A stretch of 64,000 nucleotides of DNA, taken from IMG/VR virus record IMGVR_UViG_3300042009_000026, positions 128,001 to 192,000 of that record. The stretch is one strand, 5' to 3'. Made by a program: the position numbers and the translations under genes. Below are positions 9,442 to 18,573 of this stretch, piece by piece (positions within the stretch are counted from its first letter, which is position 1; each line of letters begins with the position of its first letter). The notes under the pieces were generated by a model. That model saw only the letters and a program-made list of their open reading frames with translations. It searched no databases and had not been told where the DNA came from. Origin of the DNA: a virus. Lineage: Duplodnaviria; Heunggongvirae; Uroviricota; Caudoviricetes.

Positions 9442-10101
9442 TTACTCCGAAGTCTCCTGGCCAGCTACGAATGCACGATACAGAATATCTGCATCAACAC
9501 CGCCAGCTTCCAGGATAGACATTTGTTTCATCAGCTCAGGGCCGACTTGGGTTTCCATTTGAGTTTGAATCTTGCTATACCCCATGGTCAGTTCAGCAAC
9601 CAGGGCCTGTTCATCTTCAGTTACCGCGCCTTCTTTGCCTTCGTGTCGTTTCGACAGAGCCAGCAGAACGGAGGACATGGTGGCCAGGTCTTCTTTCAGA
9701 GCATTAAAGTTCTCAGCGAATTCCTCGTAGTGTTCACCCAGTGTGGTGCGAACCAGTTCTTCTTCAGCAATAACAGGCAGAACAAACAGCTGTGTAGTCT
9801 GCAGTGCTTCACTGTTCAGCAGGAACAGTTGTTTCAGGATCGACCAGCCTTCAGCGGCAAGCAATTGTTGGGCTACAATAGATTGAGCCTCTACAATCAT
9901 CTTCTTGTTCTCTGGATTATCAATGGCAGCCGTATCGGCCAAGAAAGAACCGATATCTGGGGAGGAATAATACTTTTGGAAATCTGATGCTTGGGTATGT
10001 GTCATGGTATCGGCAATCTCTATGTTGATTGTATCACCTTCACGAGTAACACTTTTAACCTCAGCGATGGATTCTTGGGTGAATTGGGGATTAGGGCTCA
10101 T
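9442..10101 (-). CDS. Hypothetical alpha-helical protein
   Basis: 219-aa ORF with AGGA SD, co-oriented with downstream gene. Confidence 0.8.
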   Translation of the reverse strand: MSPNPQFTQESIAEVKSVTREGDTINIEIADTMTHTQASDFQKYYSSPDIGSFLADTAAIDNPENKKMIVEAQSIVAQQLLAAEGWSILKQLFLLNSEALQTTQLFVLPVIAEEELVRTTLGEHYEEFAENFNALKEDLATMSSVLLALSKRHEGKEGAVTEDEQALVAELTMGYSKIQTQMETQVGPELMKQMSILEAGGVDADILYRAFVAGQETSE

Positions 10102-10229
10102 CTATTTTTCCTTTGTGCAAATTTGCGGATTGTTAACATAGTATCTTACCGCCAGTACTTTAGTTCAGAGTAAAGATGGACTTGTAACGCAACAGTATGT
10201 GACTAAAATCAAAGGAAGAGGGCTTTTTA

Positions 10230-11090
10230 ATGCAATTCATTATAGACAGTGTATTAACTCCACTGATCACAGAAGAGCGAAAGGAGGTTATCCTGAACTG
10301 TGTAGCGTCGTTGGAGTCACTGGACTACCAGGCAGCACTGGATGAGCTCCACCAAGTAGTAGAGATGAAGGATGGCATGTGTGATAACGAGATGCTTATA
10401 TCTCGTATCGATGATGTGATCTGGAATGCCCATGAGACCATCTTTAAGCAACATGAGGTACAGGTGTCGACTGAGGCTTCACAAGAAGTCCGACAGTCCA
10501 TCGTAGAAGTGTTGGCTAACTTCGATAAGTATGTTGTCCCTGACCAACTATTAATGTTGTTCGAAGGGGGCTTCATGCCAGAAGAGATCTTGGCTCATAT
10601 GTGCCAATTGTTTACATCTGCAAAGATAGATGAAGTCTGGCCTGAGATCAAAGACGTATCCCCTAACCTAATGCGTACAATGCGGGATGAGATCGAACGA
10701 CAAGTTCGTTATCGTGGATTGGATGAGAATGACGTTACTCCACTTCGCCGTGTTAAGATGGTCAATGACTATATCCGCATTTGTGGAGCAGAAACTTTCT
10801 CTATGCTTTTGGATCTATCGCAAGCTGGTGTGCGCATCGGTACACGAGAGATCGGTACACTTATTCAACAATCACTAGAAGCTTTGGATCGTAAAGAATC
10901 CGAACACGCTGCTTTGGAAATCTTTGGTTTGGTGTTGATGTCGAATACCCCAGTTACAGAGATCGAAAAGAAAGTACGTGACCTCATCGGTGATTACACA
11001 GATAACAACATGGACAATTCCCGAATGCTTGAATCTATTAAGCCTTTGGTGAAACTCCTAGACGAGTACAAAGAAGATGCAGATTCGTGA
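10230..11090 (+). CDS. Conserved phiKZ-like protein (gp79 position)
   Basis: 286-aa ORF overlapping vRNAP subunit start. Confidence 0.8.
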   Translation: MQFIIDSVLTPLITEERKEVILNCVASLESLDYQAALDELHQVVEMKDGMCDNEMLISRIDDVIWNAHETIFKQHEVQVSTEASQEVRQSIVEVLANFDKYVVPDQLLMLFEGGFMPEEILAHMCQLFTSAKIDEVWPEIKDVSPNLMRTMRDEIERQVRYRGLDENDVTPLRRVKMVNDYIRICGAETFSMLLDLSQAGVRIGTREIGTLIQQSLEALDRKESEHAALEIFGLVLMSNTPVTEIEKKVRDLIGDYTDNNMDNSRMLESIKPLVKLLDEYKEDADS

Positions 11091-12423
11091 GTACTTCATG
11101 CGGGGCCTTTCATTAGGCCTGCATAAGAAACGACAATGGATGAATTGTTTGTTCTCAGTGGTGTACAACATCAACGAGTTCGAACATCATTACGACTATC
11201 GACTTTATAAGGACGAAAAAGGTTTATTCTTTTTCGTTCCTGGCAGCAAAGATCAGAAAGAATATATTGATGAATGGAAAGAAGACGTAGCGCTTCTACA
11301 TTTCCGAGATGAGTTTATTCTCCAACCTGGTGAGATCATTAACTATAAAGGTACTACCCCACTGCGTACGACTTATGGAAACGTATTCGCTAACCACCTG
11401 TGCCTGGTATTACCATTCGGAGATATCTTTGAGTTCGAAGCTGGGTTGTTTAACCTAAGCAAGCTCGAAGGAGAAATCCTGAAACGTATGATCGATGACC
11501 CTCCAGGTAATGAAGATCCATTGATCCGTGCCACTGATGGTAAGTTGTATGTTAGTCAGTACCTGATGTTTGCTGAACATGTACTTACACTGCCAGCTTA
11601 TTCAGATGGCTTGGTAACTGCTACGACTAAGAAGTCCTTGATGGCTTCACCAGATCGTAACCGTGTACGGGAGAAGTGGATCAAAGATAACCCAGATCGA
11701 TTGACTGACCCTGCTGCTGTGGCAGAACTGTCTAACGTACTGAAGAAACTCGATGACGAATATCTATCCGGTGATGAATCGGAAGAGTTCTATCGTTCTA
11801 AGAAGAAGCTCGAAGGTGCACGTAAGAAAGTGCATTACATGTTCGGTGCTGAATCTGCGTTCTCTGATGGTACGAAGGTAGAGCTGATTGCTAAGTCTTT
11901 GGAAGAAGGCATTGACATGGATAAATTGCCAGTCATGTTTAACTCCCTACGGGCTGGTTCATATAACCGTGGCAAACAGACGGCATTGGGTGGTGAATCG
12001 ACTAAGACGATCTATCGAATGGTTGGTACTGCTCGGATCGTTGAACACGATTGTAACACACATATCGGTGTTCCTACTACATTGTATCCATTCATTGCTA
12101 AAGACCTAGTTGGTTACGGCATGGTTCAGAATGGAAAGACCATCGTACTAACTCCTGAGCTGATCAATCAGTACATGGGCAAGACAGTAGACATCCGTGG
12201 ACCAATGTCCTGCAAGACTGGTCGTGATGTAGACAAAGGTATTCTGGGTAAAGGTAAGAACGTCTGCGCCGTATGTGCAGGTGCTTCCTTGGCAGAAAAC
12301 CCTAACGGTATTCCTGCAGCTGCTGCCGGGGTAGGTGGGCGATTCCTTTCCCTGTTCTTGGCTAAGATGCACGCAACTGTTCTACGTACCGTCCAATGGG
12401 ACATGCATACACGTATCACCTAA
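11077..12423 (+). CDS. rpoC: Virion RNA polymerase beta-prime subunit, C-terminal part (phiKZ gp80-like)
   Basis: SLEEG, RAGSYNRGKQTALGG bridge-helix-like segment, DC..CAVCAG zinc site, FLAKMH trigger loop. Confidence 0.87.
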   Translation: MQIREYFMRGLSLGLHKKRQWMNCLFSVVYNINEFEHHYDYRLYKDEKGLFFFVPGSKDQKEYIDEWKEDVALLHFRDEFILQPGEIINYKGTTPLRTTYGNVFANHLCLVLPFGDIFEFEAGLFNLSKLEGEILKRMIDDPPGNEDPLIRATDGKLYVSQYLMFAEHVLTLPAYSDGLVTATTKKSLMASPDRNRVREKWIKDNPDRLTDPAAVAELSNVLKKLDDEYLSGDESEEFYRSKKKLEGARKKVHYMFGAESAFSDGTKVELIAKSLEEGIDMDKLPVMFNSLRAGSYNRGKQTALGGESTKTIYRMVGTARIVEHDCNTHIGVPTTLYPFIAKDLVGYGMVQNGKTIVLTPELINQYMGKTVDIRGPMSCKTGRDVDKGILGKGKNVCAVCAGASLAENPNGIPAAAAGVGGRFLSLFLAKMHATVLRTVQWDMHTRIT

Positions 12424-12429
12424 ACAAAA

Positions 12430-12448
12430 GGGACTTCGGTCCCCTATG
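12430..12448 (+). terminator. Short UUCG hairpin followed by TATG (possible late promoter)
   Basis: GGGAC-TTCG-GTCCC-C-TATG. Confidence 0.5.
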
Positions 12449-12477
12449 CTCTGAACCATAATCAATGAGGCTTTACA

Positions 12478-13743
12478 ATGAGTAAGAATACCAAGCGGCA
12501 ACCATTTCAGGCACAACCACTAACACCTGAACCGATTTCAACTATTCCGCTAAAGGAAAATTCTCTTTCCGCAGAGGAAACAAAATATGAAACTACCGAA
12601 GCAGGAAGTGATGACGTCCTCGCAGTGGAACAAACCACTGATAGCAGCATTAAAGAACTGGGTGAACCAGCGTTCGACTATGTGGCCTACCGTACAGCAA
12701 ATGGAATCCCCGATACCTGGACAGACGACCACGTTGACGGATGGATCGCCGCAGGCGGTGACGAAGTAGTACATACTGAGCGCGGCAGCATCGTAGTTGA
12801 TCCTACCCGTAAAGAACGTGAGATTGCTACTTGGGGCGTTGATGAAATCCTCGATGCATTTGAAGGTAAACTGGAAGGTGTAGAAGAAGGTCAATACGGT
12901 GCATTGGCAAAAGCTTATCGCCAACTAGTTAGTGTAGATGCTGCTTGGTCTGTTCGTGATTTGATTGATAATCTCACCCAAGGTCTAGAACCAGCGAAGA
13001 CTTCTAACGGTGCTTGGAAACAAGACGTTACTCGTGCACGCCGACCTGCTCAAGATTGGACCACCCAAGAACTGGTAGCCTGGGCTCTCGGTGAACTACG
13101 CGCTGTTGGTGAAACTACCGATCAGAAGATCGCCATTGAACTGAACAAACGTTTGGATCTTTGTTCCCAATCGAACAAGCCTGAAGACGTAATCCGTACT
13201 TACCGGAAAATGCAGAGTAATTCTGTGAAGGTCGTGGGCGTACAGCCTACTGCTGTTACTCCACCGGCAACGCTTCCTGAAGTTGAGCCACAATCAGAAA
13301 CACCAATCCTGCAAGGGCTGACCCCAATGAATGTCGCATATCTGAAAACACAAACTGAACGTTATCTGAAAGCTTGTAAGCCAGGTACCCCGATTACTGT
13401 TGAAATCGGTACTAAAGAACAACGTGAACTCGACAACCTGTTCCGTTATATCCTAAAACTGGAAGATCCACAGGGCTTCGGTTCTGCACTCATTTACTTC
13501 CGTGACTTCTACAAGGCTAACCGTAATGGTTTGTTTGACCCACAATACGCTTTCCGCTTCACTGGTACTCTCCGTGCTGAAGGTGATGTCCAGGAAACGC
13601 ATGTTAACTTGCTTAACATCTTCCACGTCTTTACTGATGAAAACAAAGCTGCCCGTAAACAGATCGATCTTCCATTCCTTCTGCGCAAGTTTCCTTCGGT
13701 GAAACAAGCCTGGCTGCTGGAATTCTTCCAACGGTATTGCTAA
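12478..13743 (+). CDS. Hypothetical protein with internal Trp-containing repeats
   Basis: 421 aa, GAGG SD; repeated DxTRxxRxxxxW(G/T)xxE unit. Confidence 0.85.
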   Translation: MSKNTKRQPFQAQPLTPEPISTIPLKENSLSAEETKYETTEAGSDDVLAVEQTTDSSIKELGEPAFDYVAYRTANGIPDTWTDDHVDGWIAAGGDEVVHTERGSIVVDPTRKEREIATWGVDEILDAFEGKLEGVEEGQYGALAKAYRQLVSVDAAWSVRDLIDNLTQGLEPAKTSNGAWKQDVTRARRPAQDWTTQELVAWALGELRAVGETTDQKIAIELNKRLDLCSQSNKPEDVIRTYRKMQSNSVKVVGVQPTAVTPPATLPEVEPQSETPILQGLTPMNVAYLKTQTERYLKACKPGTPITVEIGTKEQRELDNLFRYILKLEDPQGFGSALIYFRDFYKANRNGLFDPQYAFRFTGTLRAEGDVQETHVNLLNIFHVFTDENKAARKQIDLPFLLRKFPSVKQAWLLEFFQRYC

Positions 13744-13877
13744 CATAAGTGCCTGTCCTGCGGGGCAGGCTTTATGCCGCTATTGGCATAGTAGATAGTT
13801 TTCGATAAAGTCTACATCTGATTACTTATGATGGATAATTTACGGCATAAAGGCTTCCCTGCGGGGAAGCCAATATA
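13744..13877. terminator. Two facing family hairpins between convergent genes
   Basis: GCCTGTCC-TGCG-GGGCAGGC-TTTATGCCG and CGGCATAAA-GGCTTCCC-TGCG-GGGAAGCC. Confidence 0.8.
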
Positions 13878-13882
13878 TCATC

Positions 13883-14185
13883 TCAGTATTTCACTTCCAT
13901 CTGTAAGATGTTTTTCTTCAGGGTAGGACAGTAGATGTCAACATAATAAATATCGACGTCTACTGTGATCTCCATATTTCCATGTAGGCACGAAGCATGG
14001 ATTGTAATAGCACCGGTAGACTGTAGAGACATCTCACATTCGCGGTTGTACAGTTTATAACTGTTATACAACTCTTTGGCTTTTTCTCGGGAATGATAGA
14101 CAACTGCACAAGAACTATATCCATCCCAACCAACGTGAGAAGCAAAATCTAACAGGTCACCGAACCTTACATCAAAATCGTTCAT
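13883..14185 (-). CDS. Hypothetical protein
   Basis: 100-aa ORF overlapping upstream gene end, followed by a terminator. Confidence 0.65.
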   Translation of the reverse strand: MNDFDVRFGDLLDFASHVGWDGYSSCAVVYHSREKAKELYNSYKLYNRECEMSLQSTGAITIHASCLHGNMEITVDVDIYYVDIYCPTLKKNILQMEVKY

Positions 14186-14570
14186 TTAGTAACTCACAAA
14201 GAGCGCGGGCTTGTGATATATCAGTGGAGGCGAACTTATCTGACAACGTGTAGTCCATTAATGCGCAAGCTTCTGAGAGCTCACTCATGAGGTCCGGATT
14301 AAGATCCGCCCAGATGGTCCATAGCTTCTTGTACTCGTCCCAGGTGTCAATAGACTTATCCACAGGGGGCTTTCCTTTACCTAACCGCCAATCACTGGAG
14401 CCAGGAGCTATTCCTTTCACGTCGCATTGATAATGTGCTTCGATGGTGCGTCCATCTGGCATAAGAGCGAACATCGCAGAGAATCTTTTATCCCCTTGCG
14501 ATGAACACTCATACCCATCATACCGCTTCCACTGATACAGTCTTCTTTTCTTGTGATACCGATGCTGCAA
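14172..14570 (-). CDS. Phage protein, putative NADAR-like (ADP-ribosylhydrolase-related) fold
   Basis: YECSSQGDKRFSA...GRTIEAHYQCDVK...W..GKG resembles NADAR E-x-x-(Y/F)-Q-x(2-3)-K; ORF solid, family tentative. Confidence 0.55.
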   Translation of the reverse strand: MQHRYHKKRRLYQWKRYDGYECSSQGDKRFSAMFALMPDGRTIEAHYQCDVKGIAPGSSDWRLGKGKPPVDKSIDTWDEYKKLWTIWADLNPDLMSELSEACALMDYTLSDKFASTDISQARALCELLNERF

Positions 14571-16473
14571 TAGCCTGATCCAGAGTTGGTTCAGCCATAC
14601 CGATATCTTGCATGAATGCCAACAACATAGTATCCAAGCGAGGAGCAGACATGACCTTCTGTGTAATCTCTACACAGTTAACCCTACCAGCAGTTAAGTT
14701 CACACCAGCTTCACGTCGCCATAGCTCAGACACACCTTGAATTGCAGAGAATTCCATTACTGTAGTTTCACGAGCAATGTTCAGAATCTGCGATACGTTA
14801 GGATAAGTCGATACAATGTCTAAGTCAGCTACGTGGGTATAGATCAACGTATTATAGTTCGGTAGATCTTTAACGCACTTGATACCATGTTGTCCCGCCA
14901 TATACGACGGCAGGGTGACGATCCAGTCTCTGTGCGATACCACGTACTGATCGAGTTCATGAACCATCTGATCGGAACTAGAGCCAATTACTTGACCTCG
15001 TTTCAAATACCAGAAGTGCATGTCATCAACCAACCGTTTAGGGTTAGATGCGAAGTTCTTGTAGTCAGAAGCTTTCGAGAACAAAGTAATCGAACGACTC
15101 AGGTCATTGATCTTCTCGTCCAGTTGTTCCAGACGCATGCTGTCGATGATGTTGTAAAGACCATATTTGATCTTGTGCTTCGTTTGCATCTCACGGTGCC
15201 ATTCGATACCATTGAGGTTAGCTACTGCTTCGAACTCCAACTTACCGAAGTCAACCTTCAGACAAACCGTATCACCAATCTTCGCTTCATCTAAGGAGTG
15301 GGCTCGTTCATCATTAATGAACCAATGTGGAAATGAACCTGGAGTTTCATTCAGTTTCTTCTCACACTTCTTCAAGAATGCTAACAGATCACCTTCTTGT
15401 TTAAGCGTAGTCTCTTCATTAACACTAAGCTCTTTACCCAGAATGTAGTTCAGGGCATATGAAGGTTCCTTACCCTTTGCCAAACGCGTTACACGATACG
15501 TTGACATCGAGTCGATACATTGGAATGTCGCAGGTGCTGTAATCCAGTGCCATTGATCCTGAGGACCCCGTGACTTCGATACACCCGAAGCCGTAGTCAT
15601 CATTGCAGCATCTTTCTTAAAATGGAAATGACGGAAGTTCTTTGGTACCGATTCATCCGAGAATACATCTTTCGGATCAATACCGTAATCATCCAGGGCT
15701 TTCAGAATTCGAGTCATGTCGAACTCCATGTTCCAGAATGCAAAGAAGTCAGGCTTCCATTCATGCAAACGTTTAAAACACTGAATCACGATATCGGCTG
15801 GAGTCTTAACTACTTCAACTTCGATCTTGAGATTACGACCATGCATCAAAGCTTTTAGCTCTGGAATGGATTCCATCTCACGATATGTTTCACCGATAGG
15901 ATCTTTAATGTCATGAACCCAGTCACCTAGATATGCCAGATACACATTCTCTTTATGCGTAACGGACATACAGATGATCTGACCGTCCTTATCTGATTCA
16001 TACACGTTGGTTTCGATGTCACCACCAGCTACCGTGTTACGTGAAATCAGACCCGGATAACGTTGCTGGTAATCGTTCTTCAAACAGCACGTGGAACTAA
16101 CATCAGAACCATACAGATACGGACTACGAGATAGATTCCGCAGACGTGGATTTGGACCTTGTGAATAATCACCCAAAGTCTTAGCAATGTTACGTGCTAG
16201 GTTTACCTGAGTTGACTTATAACGAGTTAGGTTCTCAAGTACTTCATAATCTTTCTTCTCAGTGTGATTACGACGACCCTTCTGAGTAATGAAGTATTCT
16301 CGTTCATAATCAAACCAAGGAACCAGACGACTTAATTTACGATCGCCTTTTAGATGTATTACTTCTTTAACAAAGTGAGCATCATGTTGTTTACCGAATT
16401 GGTCCGGGACGTACGTGATGTGCTTTGCTTCACGCCCGATAACGTCTTCCGGATTAAACTCAATCGTCGACAT
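14518..16473 (-). CDS. Split family-B DNA polymerase, exonuclease plus motif A subunit (phiKZ gp82-like)
   Basis: ExoI GDIET, ExoII WNMEFD, ExoIII YNIIDS, motif A DLDIVSTYPN; no motif C; AAGGAG SD supports ATG 16473. Confidence 0.88.
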   Translation of the reverse strand: MSTIEFNPEDVIGREAKHITYVPDQFGKQHDAHFVKEVIHLKGDRKLSRLVPWFDYEREYFITQKGRRNHTEKKDYEVLENLTRYKSTQVNLARNIAKTLGDYSQGPNPRLRNLSRSPYLYGSDVSSTCCLKNDYQQRYPGLISRNTVAGGDIETNVYESDKDGQIICMSVTHKENVYLAYLGDWVHDIKDPIGETYREMESIPELKALMHGRNLKIEVEVVKTPADIVIQCFKRLHEWKPDFFAFWNMEFDMTRILKALDDYGIDPKDVFSDESVPKNFRHFHFKKDAAMMTTASGVSKSRGPQDQWHWITAPATFQCIDSMSTYRVTRLAKGKEPSYALNYILGKELSVNEETTLKQEGDLLAFLKKCEKKLNETPGSFPHWFINDERAHSLDEAKIGDTVCLKVDFGKLEFEAVANLNGIEWHREMQTKHKIKYGLYNIIDSMRLEQLDEKINDLSRSITLFSKASDYKNFASNPKRLVDDMHFWYLKRGQVIGSSSDQMVHELDQYVVSHRDWIVTLPSYMAGQHGIKCVKDLPNYNTLIYTHVADLDIVSTYPNVSQILNIARETTVMEFSAIQGVSELWRREAGVNLTAGRVNCVEITQKVMSAPRLDTMLLAFMQDIGMAEPTLDQAIAASVSQEKKTVSVEAV

Positions 16474-16577
16474 TAGATACTCCTTAAATATGGGTTGAAT
16501 ACGTATGATTAGGAGTGTCAGTATTTCCTTCAAAGCCTTATCTTTATGATTAATCAGCTAACCATGGGAAGCATGAC

Positions 16578-17816
16578 ATGCTACAACAATTCACTATCTC
16601 CAACGAGGTCATCTCTGTAGATGTCTCTCGTGAACTGGGTAAAGTTATCCAGGAACAAGTCGTCAAGATGCGTAAGTCATATGAGCTGACCGGTGCAATA
16701 AGTCAAGATAGCCTTAAAGGCCTCGGCGAAGCTGTCAAGATGACAGGGCTCAATGTTGAGTTCATCTCTACTACTGGTGACACACCAGATGCCTGGATGA
16801 TTACATTCCAATACTGGGGGCATCAGGGCACCACGTGGTCTAAGTTCATGCCACAGGAAAAAACAACTTCTAGAGATGGCTTGAAATATGTCACTAAGGT
16901 TGACCTGAAGAATCTAAAGGCCACTGGTCCTATGGTTGATGAGCTAAAATTCAAGTCAAATATTTCCACTGCCTTCTTTATGGGTAAGTATGGTTATACT
17001 GATGAAGAGCTCACCGGTATTATCCTGCATGAATGTGGCCATGCATTTAATCTATTCGTTACACTCGGTGACTACATCTATCTAAACTACATGTTGTCTG
17101 ATGGCATTGACGTATTGCTGGGTAATAAGAAGAACGAATACAATCTGGAAGTTCTTGACCACACTTGGATGGAAAAGAATATCGATAAAGATCTCCGTGA
17201 AGAATATGCTAACAAGCGTACTCCGGATCAAGCACGTCGTGCGATCTTGTCTACTTGGAAGAAAGCCCCGCGCCATTACCTGTTCGATAACCCCGTCTCT
17301 GCACACAAACGTGAAGAACAAATGGCTGACATGTTTGCTTCTCGGCTCGGCTATGGTCGGGCAGTAGTTACTGGCCTGGATCGTTTGTACAAAGCTTACG
17401 GTATGTCGACTGACCTGCGTTCGACCTGGTTGGGTAACTTAGCACGCGCAGCAGTGCTAATTCTGTTTCTGCCATTCTCGATCCTCTGGATGCTGACCTG
17501 TAGCGGCACTAACGATTTTGACTACAATGGTCGTTACGACAACCCTAAAGAACGTGTATTGAAAGTCCGTATGGATCTCATCACACAACTTAAGACCATC
17601 AAAGACCGCTCTCTGGTTGGTCCTATCCAAGCAGACATCGATTGTATTGATGAGCTGTTGAAACAATACCACACTGGTACTAATCTATACGACTATATCG
17701 AAGACCTGGCATCCCCAGTTGCTCGTCGTGAAAAGCGTTTGATTGGCCATGAAGAAAATCTTGAATCCCTGCTCAACAACTCGCTGTTCGTTGAAGCCCA
17801 CCGTTTTAAAGCCTAA
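16578..17816 (+). CDS. Zinc metallopeptidase-like (HEXXH) virion-associated protein
   Basis: ILHECGH and EEQMADMFASRLGYG (M48-like third ligand), one hydrophobic segment. Confidence 0.75.
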   Translation: MLQQFTISNEVISVDVSRELGKVIQEQVVKMRKSYELTGAISQDSLKGLGEAVKMTGLNVEFISTTGDTPDAWMITFQYWGHQGTTWSKFMPQEKTTSRDGLKYVTKVDLKNLKATGPMVDELKFKSNISTAFFMGKYGYTDEELTGIILHECGHAFNLFVTLGDYIYLNYMLSDGIDVLLGNKKNEYNLEVLDHTWMEKNIDKDLREEYANKRTPDQARRAILSTWKKAPRHYLFDNPVSAHKREEQMADMFASRLGYGRAVVTGLDRLYKAYGMSTDLRSTWLGNLARAAVLILFLPFSILWMLTCSGTNDFDYNGRYDNPKERVLKVRMDLITQLKTIKDRSLVGPIQADIDCIDELLKQYHTGTNLYDYIEDLASPVARREKRLIGHEENLESLLNNSLFVEAHRFKA

Positions 17817-17827
17817 GGTAGAAGACA

Positions 17828-18268
17828 ATGAGAACTGGTTTCCTTATCGCGCGCATCATGAAAGAACTGAGCGCACCTTCCAACAACGATCGTCTGGCTC
17901 GTGCCATGTTCGTTGCCTCCGCTGTTGGTTATCACGTGCCACTGTGCATGGACCGTACTGCTGCTGAATGTGCTGACATGCACATGAAAACATTCCGTGA
18001 CATCTGCGGTTCTGTTAATGAGAACATCGCACTTGACACCAAGAAAGCCCAAGACATCTTCCGTGAAGTTATCCGTATCCGTTTTGAACTGGTACAAGGT
18101 GTAATTGATCCGGCAATCGTCCATGCTGCTCTTTGTTCCAGTACTTCTGAAGATGGCCTGACTCGTCAAGAGTTCGCCATGTCTGAGTGGTTGGCTTCCC
18201 GCCCTGACTTCATCCGTTGCCAGCTTGAAATCGCAGACGTACTAAAGCAGACTGCTGCTGAGGAATGA
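17828..18268 (+). CDS. Conserved phiKZ-like protein, probable virion protein
   Basis: 146-aa ORF in structural operon. Confidence 0.75.
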   Translation: MRTGFLIARIMKELSAPSNNDRLARAMFVASAVGYHVPLCMDRTAAECADMHMKTFRDICGSVNENIALDTKKAQDIFREVIRIRFELVQGVIDPAIVHAALCSSTSEDGLTRQEFAMSEWLASRPDFIRCQLEIADVLKQTAAEE

Positions 18269-18573
18269 TGATGGTAGTTGCAAACGGAATCCCTCGCATC
18301 AATAAAGCACATGCGGAGGCACTAATTGTTGACGAGCATGTTCGCTACATTAGCGAGACTCGTACAACGATTTGTTCAGTCCGTTTGGTAAACGAAGAGT
18401 CGATCACTGAGTTTGCTACTTGTGGTGTTGACCAGGTATTCGACCCTATCCGGGGTCGAGCTATCGCCCGCAAGAAAGTACTGAACGAGATCATCAAAAA
18501 AGAACACTATCTATTACGGCAGCGTATCTACGAAGCCAAGATAAAGGAAAAAGAAAATGGATCAAGAAATTGA
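18265..18573 (+). CDS. N4 gp49/Sf6 gp66 (PF13876)-like protein, candidate Acb4-type nucleotide sponge
   Basis: TTICSVRLVN..TC....FDPIRGRAIARKK..EHYLLRQRIY fits family pattern TTIC.L.L.NG..SAC....FD..IG..IA....EGYLL. Confidence 0.7.
   Translation: MMMVVANGIPRINKAHAEALIVDEHVRYISETRTTICSVRLVNEESITEFATCGVDQVFDPIRGRAIARKKVLNEIIKKEHYLLRQRIYEAKIKEKENGSRN

Noticed and set aside
9016-9987. 323-aa plus-strand ORF, and similar long antisense ORFs such as 1670-2356 and 31544-32098
   Set aside because: Fully overlap well-supported genes on the opposite strand; explained by codon bias
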